From NCBI GenBank assembly GCA_017538365.1, contig JAFYIZ010000028.1, positions 52,962-116,961 of the forward strand: a stretch of DNA of 64,000 bases, read 5' to 3'. This document shows, piece after piece, positions 28,060 to 37,432 of the stretch. Position numbers and translations under genes: made by a program. This stretch comes from a bacterium (GTDB lineage Bacteria; UBP6; UBA1177). The stretch's first letter is position 1. Every line of letters begins with the position of its first letter. The notes under the pieces are model-generated. The model worked only from the letters and a program-made list of their open reading frames with translations. It was not told the origin of the DNA and did no database searches.

Positions 28060-29253
28060 ATGAGCAGAGTAATGACTGGCGACAGGCTCCGCATTTCGAT
28101 TTTCGGCAGGAGAAATGCCGGAAAGTCTTCTTTGATAAACGCTTTCACGGGGCAGAATGTGGCGATCGTTTCCGATGTTCCGGGAACTACGACCGATCCC
28201 GTAATGAAAGCGATCGAGCTTTTTCCTACTGGTCCTGCGATCCTTATTGACACAGCCGGACTTGACGATACAGGCGATGCTTTGGGTCTTGAAAGGGTAA
28301 AAAAATCGGTAAGTTATCTAAAAAAATCGGATATGGTGATCCTTGTTGTAGATGCTTCCGGAACTGCCGGAGAACTTGAGGACAACATAATTGCTGAATG
28401 CGAAAATGAAAAAATCCCGCTCATTCTGGTTCTCAACAAGTCGGAACTGACCCTTTCGGAAAGCGTTAAAACGTGGCTCGAAGGCAAAGAATACATTTCG
28501 GCAAGCGCTAAAAACAACGAAGGAATTGAGAAAATCACGAAAAAGATAACGGAACTCTCTCCAGACGAGTGGGAACCGCCGTTTCTGCGCGATCTCATAA
28601 ATCCCGGAGATATCGTTCTGATGATAACTCCTATTGATTCAAGCGCGCCGAAAGGACGCATGATCATGCCGCAGGTTAGAGCTTGGAGAGACATTCTTGA
28701 CGGCGGAGGTATTGCTCTTTCGTGCGAGCCGGCTAATCTGCAGAAAACGTTTGATTCGCTCAAAAGCAAACCGGCTCTCGTAGTCACAGATTCTCAGGTC
28801 TTTTCAAAAGTTGCTCCTGTTGTTCCAGAAGATGTTCCTTTCACGTCGTTTTCGATCCTTTCGATCAGGCAGAAAGGAAATCTCGCTGAAATGGTGAAGG
28901 CTGTTAAAACGGTTGAAAATCTTAAAGCTGGCGACAAAGTGCTGATCGCAGAAAGCTGCTCGCACCATTCTCAGGATGATGACATAGCCCGCGTCAAGAT
29001 ACCGAAATGGCTGAATGACAAAGTAGGCGGCGGACTTATAATAGAAACTTCAAGCGGCAGGGATTATCCCGAAAATCTCACTGACTACAAACTGATAGTT
29101 CACTGCGGTGCCTGCACTTTGAACCGCCGCGAGATGCTGCTTCGTCAGGCGATCCCCGCTGAAAAAGGAGTGCCTGTGACGAATTTCGGAGTTCTCATAA
29201 GCTATCTGCACGGCGTTTTCCCGCGTGCGCTGAAACCTTTCGGGATTGAGTGA
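28060..29253 (+). CDS. hydF: [FeFe]-hydrogenase maturation GTPase HydF
   Basis: 397 aa. GRRNAGKSSL (G1), DTAGLDD, NKSE. C-terminal FeS ligands ESCSHH ... HCGACTL. Confidence 0.8.
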   Translation: MSRVMTGDRLRISIFGRRNAGKSSLINAFTGQNVAIVSDVPGTTTDPVMKAIELFPTGPAILIDTAGLDDTGDALGLERVKKSVSYLKKSDMVILVVDASGTAGELEDNIIAECENEKIPLILVLNKSELTLSESVKTWLEGKEYISASAKNNEGIEKITKKITELSPDEWEPPFLRDLINPGDIVLMITPIDSSAPKGRMIMPQVRAWRDILDGGGIALSCEPANLQKTFDSLKSKPALVVTDSQVFSKVAPVVPEDVPFTSFSILSIRQKGNLAEMVKAVKTVENLKAGDKVLIAESCSHHSQDDDIARVKIPKWLNDKVGGGLIIETSSGRDYPENLTDYKLIVHCGACTLNRREMLLRQAIPAEKGVPVTNFGVLISYLHGVFPRALKPFGIE

Positions 29254-29480
29254 ACGAGGTAAAAATGGTTACTGAAACAATGATTATAATTGCTCTCAGG
29301 CAGAAAAACTGGGAGGCTGCGGCTGAAATGGTGCATGAATACGCCGAGAAAAAGCCGGAAAGTGAGATCGCCAAGATCTTTTATGCGGTTGAAACGGCTG
29401 AAAAGTCGGTCGAAGCGGCGTGGCTGCTTTCAATTTTTGCCGAAATAAAATGGCGCGAAATGAATGAGGTCGATATATGA
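29250..29480 (+). CDS. Small hypothetical protein (76 aa), translationally coupled between hydF and aroQ
   Basis: ATGA overlaps at both ends. No recognisable motif. Confidence 0.35.
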   Translation: MNEVKMVTETMIIIALRQKNWEAAAEMVHEYAEKKPESEIAKIFYAVETAEKSVEAAWLLSIFAEIKWREMNEVDI

Positions 29481-29911
29481 AAATCCTGCTTATTGAAGGA
29501 CCTCTGCTTGATAAAATAGGCGAGAGGGAGCCTGAGATCTACGGTGGAAAGGGAACGCGCGAAAAACTGATCTCCGCTTTCAATGAAAAGGCTGCCGCTC
29601 TCGGAGTCGAGACCGAAGCGGTTTCAGAATACTGCGAAGGAGCTCTCGCAAAAATCATCGTAAATGCAAAATGTGACGGAATCGTGATAAATCCCGGCGC
29701 TTACACTCACACGAGCGTTCTTCTGCGTGATGCACTTCTGTGCTCAAAAATCCCGTTTGTCGAAGCGCATATCTCAAATGTCTTCGAAAGAGAAGAATTC
29801 CGCAGAAAATCGTATTTGAATGATGTCGCCGTCAAAGTTGTTTACGGTCTGGGAACTGCGACTTATTCCACCGCGCTCGAAGGTTTAGTCGCTTTTCTTA
29901 AAGCAAATTAA
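29477..29911 (+). CDS. aroQ: 3-dehydroquinate dehydratase, type II
   Basis: 144 aa. ILLIEGPLLDKIGEREPEIYG, GIVINPGAYTHTSV, PFVEAHISNV. Confidence 0.85.
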   Translation: MKILLIEGPLLDKIGEREPEIYGGKGTREKLISAFNEKAAALGVETEAVSEYCEGALAKIIVNAKCDGIVINPGAYTHTSVLLRDALLCSKIPFVEAHISNVFEREEFRRKSYLNDVAVKVVYGLGTATYSTALEGLVAFLKAN

Positions 29912-30380
29912 GGTTTGGCTACGAGCACGATCTTTCCTTTTTCCAACCTGAAAAACTTTTCGGTAAAAGGTATGAATTCCGAAGATTTGTCCTCTTTTTC
30001 GATTTCGGCCAAAGAGTAGGTCGGAGTAGGGGTGAATGTGACGATTTTGCCTAATAGTTTGCCCGACTTGTCAAAAACAGACTCTCCAATTAAAAGATCC
30101 TGAGATCGACCGAAAATCTCTTCTTCGGGAAGAGCAAACTTTTCACCGATCAGAAATTCGGCTTTTTTGAATGAGTCGACTCCGTCAAGACGAACTGCAA
30201 AACCTTTGCCGATCTTTGTTATCGCGGCAATACGCCACTTTGTTTTGAACTCAAAATGATAGAGATGATTAAAATCCAATAAAAAATCGCTGTCTTTGAA
30301 TTCCGGCTTGAAAAGAAGAGAACCGTCTTTTTTCAGAACTTTCGAAAAAGTTCCTACGACTTTTAAAGATGGGGTGCTAT
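29908..30380 (-). CDS. rimM: 16S rRNA processing protein RimM
   Basis: PRC-barrel-like C-terminus. Position in the ffh-rpsP-KH-rimM operon. Start uncertain: the track ORF runs to 30408. Confidence 0.6.
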
Positions 30381-30614
30381 TCAATCTTCGACTATTTCGA
30401 GAGTGCACTTTTTCTGCTCATGTGAAGTTGCAGCGCCGAGAAGAACTCTCATTGCCTTCGCAATCCTACCTTCTTTGCCGATAACTTTACCAAGATCAGA
30501 TTTTGCTACTCTGAGTTCGAGAACGGTCGAATTTTCGCCTTCAACTTCTGTTACTGAAACCTGTTCGGGATGATCAACCAGTTTCATAGCGATTTGTTCA
30601 ATGAGTTCTTTCAT
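30381..30614 (-). CDS. KH-domain RNA-binding protein (YlqC/UPF0109 family)
   Basis: 77 aa. VTEVEGENSTVLELRVAKSDLGKVIGKEGRIAKAMR (KH GxxG). Confidence 0.75.
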   Translation of the reverse strand: MKELIEQIAMKLVDHPEQVSVTEVEGENSTVLELRVAKSDLGKVIGKEGRIAKAMRVLLGAATSHEQKKCTLEIVED

Positions 30615-30646
30615 AAAATCCTCCGAAAATAGAAGAAGTTAAACTC

Positions 30647-30898
30647 TTACTTTCTTACTTTTTTTACGAGAGAAGCGACTGTGTCGGAGCTCTGTGCGCC
30701 TTTTTTGATCCATTCGTCATACTTTTCAACATCGATAACGATTTCAGCCGGATCAACACACGGATTGTAGTGTCCGAGTCTTTCGAGATAATCGCTGTCT
30801 CTTTTCTTTCTGCTGTCAAGAACAACAACTCTGTAAGAAGGTTTTTTCTTGGAACCGCCTCTGGTCAGTCTGATGCTAACGCTCATTAAATCCTCCAA
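30647..30898 (-). CDS. rpsP: 30S ribosomal protein S16
   Basis: 83 aa. MSVSIRLTRGGSKKKPSYRVVVLDSRKKRDSDYLERLGHYNP. Confidence 0.9.
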   Translation of the reverse strand: MEDLMSVSIRLTRGGSKKKPSYRVVVLDSRKKRDSDYLERLGHYNPCVDPAEIVIDVEKYDEWIKKGAQSSDTVASLVKKVRK

Positions 30899-30901
30899 AA
30901 A

Positions 30902-32254
30902 TTATTTGACTAAGTTGCCTAAACCCTTGAATTTTTTCATAAGCCCGCCCAATCCGAGCTTATTTATGCTTTTCATCATTTTTTTCATTTCAAGGTATTG
31001 CTTCATAAACTGGTTTATATCCTGAACCTTCGTTCCGCTGCCGTTCGCGATCCTTCTGCGGCGCGATGCGTTGAGAATTTCGGGTTTTCTGCGCTCTTCT
31101 TTTGTCATCGAGAAGATGATGGCTTCGATTTTGGAAAGCTCTTTGTCAAGGTTGACTTTTCCTTCCATCTGCTTCATCGCCTTGCCCATTCCCGGAATCA
31201 TTTCAAGCATGTTTTCCATCGGGCCCATATTCTTTATCATCTTCATCTGAGAGAGGAAATCTTCGAGGTCAAACTCGTCTTTTCCCATTTTTTTCTGAAG
31301 TCTGAGAGCTTCTTCTGCGTTGATTTTTTCAGTCGCCTTTTCGACAAGCGAAAGAACATCACCCAAACCGACTATACGGCCTGCGATTCTTTCGGGATGG
31401 AAAACTTCGAACTGGTCGATTTTTTCGCCCATACCGACGAATTTGAGCGGAGCGCCCGTTGCAGCATTGATAGAAAGCGCCGCACCGCCTCTCGCATCAC
31501 CGTCCATTTTCGTTAGAACGACGCCGGTAATCGAAAGTCTTTTGTGAAACTCAGCCGCGACGTTTACTGCTTCCTGACCTGTCATAGCATCAGCTACGAA
31601 AAGGATTTCCGACGGTTCAACCGCGTTTTTGATGTTTGTGATTTCGTCCATCATCTCTTCATCGACCTGAAGACGGCCCGCGGTATCGATTATGATGACA
31701 TCGGCGACGTTGTTTTTGCCGTATTCTACCGATTTTATTGCGATATCGACCGGATTCATGCCGACTTCCGACGGATAGACGTCAACATCGATTTTTGCAG
31801 CTAAAGTCTTGAGCTGATCAATCGCGGCAGGTCTGTAAACATCGGCGGGAACGAGAAGAACTCTCTTTTTCATCTTGTTTTTGAGAAGGTAAGCTAACTT
31901 TCCCGCAGTCGTCGTTTTACCGCTTCCCTGAAGACCTGCCATGAGGATTATTGCCGGCGGTCTCACGTTCAGATTGAGCGAATGGTCGCCTTCTCCGAGC
32001 ATCGAAATGAGCTCCTCGTGGAAGATTTTGATGAACATCTGACCAGGATTTATGCTTTTCGCAACTTCCGTGCCGAGTGCTCTTTCCTTAACCTTTTCAA
32101 CGAGTTCCTTGACGACTTTGAAGTTTACGTCGGCTTCCAAAAGAGAAAGTTTGAGCTCTCTTATTCCGTCTTTGATATTGTCTTCAGTAAGCTTGCCGAC
32201 ACCGCGCAACTTTTTAAAGGTCGCTTCGAGTTTGTCGGTGAGTTGATCAAACAT
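30902..32254 (-). CDS. ffh: Signal recognition particle protein Ffh
   Basis: 450 aa. GLQGSGKTTTAGKLA, DTAGR, TKMDGDARGGAALS, Met-rich C-terminal M domain. Confidence 0.9.
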   Translation of the reverse strand: MFDQLTDKLEATFKKLRGVGKLTEDNIKDGIRELKLSLLEADVNFKVVKELVEKVKERALGTEVAKSINPGQMFIKIFHEELISMLGEGDHSLNLNVRPPAIILMAGLQGSGKTTTAGKLAYLLKNKMKKRVLLVPADVYRPAAIDQLKTLAAKIDVDVYPSEVGMNPVDIAIKSVEYGKNNVADVIIIDTAGRLQVDEEMMDEITNIKNAVEPSEILFVADAMTGQEAVNVAAEFHKRLSITGVVLTKMDGDARGGAALSINAATGAPLKFVGMGEKIDQFEVFHPERIAGRIVGLGDVLSLVEKATEKINAEEALRLQKKMGKDEFDLEDFLSQMKMIKNMGPMENMLEMIPGMGKAMKQMEGKVNLDKELSKIEAIIFSMTKEERRKPEILNASRRRRIANGSGTKVQDINQFMKQYLEMKKMMKSINKLGLGGLMKKFKGLGNLVK

Positions 32255-32369
32255 TTCACCCTCTCAAAAAAAGCCGTGCGATTATAGTGAAATTCTTTTT
32301 GTAGTCAAGATTTTAGTTTATTTTCGCTGATAAAAGTGTATAATCGGGCGTTGTTTTTCGGGGGATTCC

Positions 32370-33167
32370 GTGCGAGACTTTATTGAACAGCTAGGTTCCA
32401 AGGCGGTAAGCACTTTCAAAAACGTTTCGGGTTTCTGTGTATTCTGCCTGAAATGTCTGCGCGAATTTTTGATGGGGTCTTTTTTCAATCGCGCCGCGTT
32501 TGACATTCTGGTCATGCAGATATTTTTCACGGCATATCAGCTTCTCAACTTTTTTGTCATTCTGAGTGCGGTTTTCGGCAGTATATTCATCGGAATAGTT
32601 TTCCAGACTGTAAAAAGTATCGGTCTTGTCCAGTATCTGGGAAACATTATCATGGGTGTTGTTGTTCTGGAATTTTCGCCGCTTATCACGGTTGTTCTGC
32701 TTGCTTTGCGCAGTTCTTCCGCTGTTAATTCCGAGATTGCCGTTATGAAGGTCAACCACGAAATTGACGCGCTTGAGTCGTTCGGGATTGATCCGGTTGT
32801 ATATCTTTTTCTTCCGAGAATCATCAGTTTTATCATAAGTGTGACGGTTCTTTCTTCGCTTTTTGCGATAATTGTCCTTTTCAGCGGTTTTGCTTTCAGC
32901 AGCGCGATATTCGGCATGAGTCTCGGGATATTCACAGATATGATTGTAAATTCAGTTACGGTTTTTGATATAATCCTGTTTTATATAAAAACGATAGTCT
33001 TCGGTTTTTTCATATCGGTTATTCCGCTTTACAACGGCTGGAAGACCAAGTATCGCTCTACCGACATCCCTGTTTCAGTACTTAGCGGGATGATGGGCGT
33101 TTTCATGTCGATAGTTTTGGTGGAGGTTGTGTCATTAGTAGCAAGATTCTTCCTGAATTCTTTGTGA
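32370..33167 (+). CDS. mlaE: MlaE-family ABC transporter permease
   Basis: 265 aa. Multipass membrane protein with the VNHEIDALESFGIDP (EIDAL) signature. Confidence 0.7.
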   Translation: MRDFIEQLGSKAVSTFKNVSGFCVFCLKCLREFLMGSFFNRAAFDILVMQIFFTAYQLLNFFVILSAVFGSIFIGIVFQTVKSIGLVQYLGNIIMGVVVLEFSPLITVVLLALRSSSAVNSEIAVMKVNHEIDALESFGIDPVVYLFLPRIISFIISVTVLSSLFAIIVLFSGFAFSSAIFGMSLGIFTDMIVNSVTVFDIILFYIKTIVFGFFISVIPLYNGWKTKYRSTDIPVSVLSGMMGVFMSIVLVEVVSLVARFFLNSL

Positions 33168-33592
33168 GCGAAGCTGAGCTCAAAGCGCGTTCCGAGGCGA
33201 TCCGTGCCGAACAGCGTGTCGGTTTTGTGTCGCCCGATATCCCGCTTCTTTCGAACCTGAGTGTTTACGACAACATTTCGCTTGTTCCGCGTTATCTGAC
33301 GACTGAAAAAGACGAGACGATACGTGCCGAAATCGAAAAAATGCTCGCTCTTCTGGAGATTTCCGATTCGATAAACAAAAAAACTTTTCAGATTGATTCC
33401 GATACGGTTTTCAAAGTCAAACTGCTGCGCGCTTTAATGCTGAAAGATTCCGTCACTGTCATTGACAGGCCGTTTGTTATGCTGAGCACCGCTGCCGACA
33501 TAAAACCGATCGTGAAAATGCTGGACACGCTTGAGCTGGACGGAAAAAAAGTCGTGTTTTTCGATTTCGAGTGGAATAAATCAAAATATTAA
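33164..33592 (+). CDS. N-terminally truncated, degenerate ABC ATPase domain (MlaF-like C-terminal half only)
   Basis: 142 aa. LSVYDNISLVPRY (Q-loop region), degenerate signature QIDSDTVFK and VTVIDRPF in place of Walker B. No Walker A. Confidence 0.45.
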   Translation: MSEAELKARSEAIRAEQRVGFVSPDIPLLSNLSVYDNISLVPRYLTTEKDETIRAEIEKMLALLEISDSINKKTFQIDSDTVFKVKLLRALMLKDSVTVIDRPFVMLSTAADIKPIVKMLDTLELDGKKVVFFDFEWNKSKY

Positions 33593-34959
33593 ATGTGAAT
33601 TGCTCTTCCGAGTGCTCCGAGCAATGCTTCAAGCGACGCTTCAGAAAGTGTCGGATGCGGATGGATCGATTCGACGATTTCTTCTGCTGTGAGTCCTGCG
33701 TTCATTGCCGGAATGAATTCCGAAATGAGGTCGGTCGCACCGTTTCCGATTATGTGAACGCCGAGGATTTTGTGCGTTTCTTCGTCAATTATGACTTTTA
33801 CGAATCCGGTCGTGTGGTTTGCCGCAACTGCTTTTCCGTTCGCGCTGAAGGGGAATTTGCCGACTTTGAATTTAAGTCCCTTTTCAGCAGCCTGAGCCTC
33901 TTTGAGACCCATCGACGCGATCGACGGAGTGCAGTATATGCAAGCTGGATTGTAGAGATAGTTTATCGGTTTAAGATCTTTCATTCCAGCAATCTGCTCA
34001 ACAGCCAGGATTCCTTCATGTTCTGCCGTGTGTGCAAGCATCGGAGTGAAAATAACGTCACCGACTGCGTAGATTCCCGGAACGTTCGTGCGGCAGAATT
34101 CGTCAACGGGGATGAAACCGCGTCTGTCCGGAGTGATTCCGGCAGCTTCGAGGTTGAGGTTCGCCGTATTCGGAGAGCGTCCGACGCAGGAGAGGACCTG
34201 CTCAGCCTCAACGACATTTCCGTTTGCGAGAGTGAGTGTTACGCTTTCATCGGTTTTCTCAGCTTTTTCAACCGAAGTGCCTGTAATTATTTTGATTTTT
34301 TTCTTCTTAAACTCTTTTGTGAGTTCTTTGGAAATGTCTGCGTCTTCCATCGGAATGATTGAATTCATCGCTTCGATTATCGTTACTTCGACTCCGAAAG
34401 TGCGGTAGACGAAACCAAGCTCGACTCCGATTACGCCGCCGCCGATTATTGCAAGGCTTTTCGGCAGTTTTGCCTGGAAAAGCGCCTGATCGGAGCTGAT
34501 GATTTTTTTATTGTCGATCGAAAAATTGGGGAAATCGCGGACAACCGATCCTGTTGCAATGATGATGTTTTCAGCGTCAAATTCGGTTTCGCCGGCTTTT
34601 ACGGTGTGGGGCGAAGTGAATTGTGCTTCAGCCTGAACGAGACGGACGTTGTTTTTCTTGAAAAGGTATGCGATTCCCATTCTGTTTTTTGAAGCAGCAT
34701 TTTTTGCGTGGTCATTTACTTTTGTCCAGTCAAATTCGGCACTTGCCGTGATTCCTAAAGCCTCTGCGCCAAGTATCGAATTGAATGTTTCTGCTGCCGA
34801 AATGAGCGCTTTCGTCGGGATGCAGCCGCGGTTGAGGCATGTTCCGCCGACAAATCCGCGTTCGATGACGACCGGTTCTAACCCAAGCTGAGCCGCTCTG
34901 ATTGCTGCAACATAACCGCCTGGACCTGCACCGATGATGAGAAGTTTTACTTTTTCCAT
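33589..34959 (-). CDS. lpdA: Dihydrolipoyl dehydrogenase (E3)
   Basis: 456 aa. LLIIGAGPGGYVAAIRAAQLG, redox disulfide GGTCLNRGCIPTK, C-terminal HPHPTLSE dimer-interface motif. Confidence 0.85.
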   Translation of the reverse strand: MEKVKLLIIGAGPGGYVAAIRAAQLGLEPVVIERGFVGGTCLNRGCIPTKALISAAETFNSILGAEALGITASAEFDWTKVNDHAKNAASKNRMGIAYLFKKNNVRLVQAEAQFTSPHTVKAGETEFDAENIIIATGSVVRDFPNFSIDNKKIISSDQALFQAKLPKSLAIIGGGVIGVELGFVYRTFGVEVTIIEAMNSIIPMEDADISKELTKEFKKKKIKIITGTSVEKAEKTDESVTLTLANGNVVEAEQVLSCVGRSPNTANLNLEAAGITPDRRGFIPVDEFCRTNVPGIYAVGDVIFTPMLAHTAEHEGILAVEQIAGMKDLKPINYLYNPACIYCTPSIASMGLKEAQAAEKGLKFKVGKFPFSANGKAVAANHTTGFVKVIIDEETHKILGVHIIGNGATDLISEFIPAMNAGLTAEEIVESIHPHPTLSEASLEALLGALGRAIHI

Positions 34960-35105
34960 TATTTCCTCCTTAAAAAATAAAAAGAATCAACAAATTGCGC
35001 GCAATATTAGGAAAAAGCGGGAAAAAGGCAAAATTTTTGTTGCCTTTTTTATTTCAGGTATTATAAAGGCAGTGCTTTTGTTTTTTAAGGTTGTTAAGGG
35101 CTTTT

Positions 35106-36353
35106 ATGGAACTTGTTGAAAAACTTGAGATTTTGGGCGCTGCGGCAAAGTTCGACGCAAGCTGTTCGTCGAGCGGAAGCAGCAGAAAAGGTGTCGAAGG
35201 CGGCATCGGAAGCGCATACAGAGCCGGGATTTGTCACAGCTGGGCGGCTGACGGAAGGTGCATAAGTCTTCTCAAAGTTTTGTTCACGAACTACTGCATA
35301 AATGACTGTGCGTACTGCATCAACAGGCGCAGCAATGACGTAAAGCGGGCGACTTTTACGGTCGACGAACTTGTCTCGCTTACGATGAATTTCTACAAAA
35401 GAAACTACATTGAAGGGCTTTTTCTGAGTTCAGGTATCATAAAAAATGCCGATTTTACGATGGAAAAACTGATTGCCGTGGCGAAAAAACTGCGCAATGA
35501 AGAAAATTTTCACGGCTACATTCATTTGAAAGTGATTCCGGGAGCGAGCGATATTCTTATAAAAGAAGCTGGGCTATATGCCGACAGAGTTTCGGTAAAT
35601 ATCGAACTTCCTTCAGAAAAAAGTTTGAAACTGCTTACCGAAAAAAGCAAAGAGTCGATAATAAAACCGATGACTGACATTACTTCCGACATTGTTGAAA
35701 ACCGTGAAGAGAGGAGAAAAACAAAAAAACTTCCCATGTTTGCTCCCGCCGGGCAGACGACACAGCTCATTGTCGGTGCTACGCCCGAAACCGACCGGAA
35801 AATAGTGAAACTGACCGAGGCTTTTTATAAAAAATTCAGCATGAAAAGGGTTTACTACTCGGCCTTCGTGCCTGTAAATTCCGACAACCGTCTCCCGATT
35901 GTTTCGATGCCGCCGCTCGACCGCGAACACAGGCTCTATCAGGCTGACTGGCTCATGCGCTTTTACGGTTTTCAGGCTGACGAAATCGTAACGGAGGAAA
36001 ATCCGTTCCTTTCCGACGACATTGATCCGAAGGCTGTCTGGGCCATGCGGAACATGCACCTGTTTCCGCTTGAAATCAACACGGCGGCGTTCGAAATGAT
36101 TCTGCGCGTGCCTGGAATAGGGAGAAAATCGGCTTTCAGAATAATTTATGCTAGAAAAAACGGCTCGCTCGATTTTGACGACCTCAAAAGAATCGGCGTT
36201 GTCCTCAAAAGGGCGCGCTATTTCATCACCTGCAAAGGAAAGATGATGGCAGACACGATCATTGCAGAGCTGACAGTTTTCGAAGCGATGAAAACGACCA
36301 GCACTAAAGCCGGGGCTGTTGACCACACTTACGAGCAGCTTTTACTCTTTTAA
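35106..36353 (+). CDS. Putative DNA modification/repair radical SAM protein (TIGR03916-like)
   Basis: MELVEKLEILGAAAKFDASC. CINDCAYCINRRSND (CxxxCxxC). Confidence 0.6.
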   Translation: MELVEKLEILGAAAKFDASCSSSGSSRKGVEGGIGSAYRAGICHSWAADGRCISLLKVLFTNYCINDCAYCINRRSNDVKRATFTVDELVSLTMNFYKRNYIEGLFLSSGIIKNADFTMEKLIAVAKKLRNEENFHGYIHLKVIPGASDILIKEAGLYADRVSVNIELPSEKSLKLLTEKSKESIIKPMTDITSDIVENREERRKTKKLPMFAPAGQTTQLIVGATPETDRKIVKLTEAFYKKFSMKRVYYSAFVPVNSDNRLPIVSMPPLDREHRLYQADWLMRFYGFQADEIVTEENPFLSDDIDPKAVWAMRNMHLFPLEINTAAFEMILRVPGIGRKSAFRIIYARKNGSLDFDDLKRIGVVLKRARYFITCKGKMMADTIIAELTVFEAMKTTSTKAGAVDHTYEQLLLF

Positions 36354-36357
36354 AACA

Positions 36358-37119
36358 ATGATTTTTATTTACGACAGCACATTTGAAGGTTTTCTGAGCG
36401 CGGTTTTTGACGCTTTTCCGGTAAAAGAAGAGGTCTCGATTGAAAAAAAAGATTGCTGGCAGCCGCTTCTTTTCGCCGAGCCTGTTGAAGTCAAAACAGA
36501 GCCCGAAAAAGCGGAAAGAGTTGCGGAAAAACTTCTTTCGATATGCGGGCATCGCGGATTTTCGGCGATAGTCCAGATCTTTCTTTCGGAAGCTGAAGGG
36601 TGCGAAACGGCTGCGTTTTACCTGATAAAATCGGTGATAAAATACGGTTCGAAGTCGTTTTCGCGCTTTCAGGATGAGAAAATTACCCACGCAATGGAAC
36701 TCAGAAAAAAAGTTTCCAAAGAGTGCGACAGATTTTTGGGAATTCTGCGCTTTTCGGAGCTTTCAAACGGCGTTTTCTACGCTCCGTGTGAACCAGATCA
36801 CAACATTATTCCGCTAATTGCCGGTCATTTTTACGAGCGTCTTTTGGGAACAAAGTGGATGATCCACGATCTCAGGCGCGGATTTGCCCTCTATCACAGC
36901 AATGGCAATATGGAAAATGTTGAATTTATTGATGAATTAACCTCTCACTTGAATATGGCGAATCTCTTGGGAAAGTCCGAAAACGAAGAAGATTTCGCCG
37001 AAATGTGGTGCCGCTACTTCAAAACCATTGCCATTGAAACCCGCATAAATCCTAAATTACAGAGGCAGTTCATGCCGCAGCGTTACTGGAAATACCTGAC
37101 TGAAAAGAAAAACGGTTAA
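36358..37119 (+). CDS. DUF4130/TIGR03915-like probable DNA metabolism protein (partner of the radical SAM gene)
   Basis: MIFIYDSTFEGFLSAVFDAF N-terminus, typical of this family. Overlaps the upstream gene. Confidence 0.5.
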   Translation: MIFIYDSTFEGFLSAVFDAFPVKEEVSIEKKDCWQPLLFAEPVEVKTEPEKAERVAEKLLSICGHRGFSAIVQIFLSEAEGCETAAFYLIKSVIKYGSKSFSRFQDEKITHAMELRKKVSKECDRFLGILRFSELSNGVFYAPCEPDHNIIPLIAGHFYERLLGTKWMIHDLRRGFALYHSNGNMENVEFIDELTSHLNMANLLGKSENEEDFAEMWCRYFKTIAIETRINPKLQRQFMPQRYWKYLTEKKNG

Positions 37120-37309
37120 GGTTCTCTTTGTTGACTTTATTCACCGCAAACCGATAATGCACAATCTTTTGGTTATTGATTGAATTGAGTAAATCATAAA
37201 AAAATCATGAGTAAATTTCCTGAATTCGACAAACAGGAAACCATTTTTAATCCGCATAACATTCGAATTTGTTTTATCGGAAAAGGGCGAAGAGCGTTTT
37301 TTTAAGGCG

Positions 37310-37325
37310 TTTTTTTTTTTTTTTT
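37310..37325. repeat. T16 homopolymer tract (intergenic)
   Basis: ggcg + 16 consecutive T + gaacc. It lies 90-110 nt upstream of the 37415/37433 start. Confidence 0.9.
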
Positions 37326-37432
37326 GAACCTTTACGTTTCCAAATCTGATAAAACAAAAAAATTGCATACCAAAATGGTAGCATTTTTTTCAACAAGGGC
37401 AGGTCTATTTTTTTGTGAACCCAGGAGAAAAA

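Noticed and set aside
33595-34362. 255-aa plus-strand ORF inside lpdA, and 35613-36326 minus-strand ORF inside the radical SAM gene
   Set aside because: Both are antisense to genes with unambiguous conserved motifs. They are shadow ORFs.
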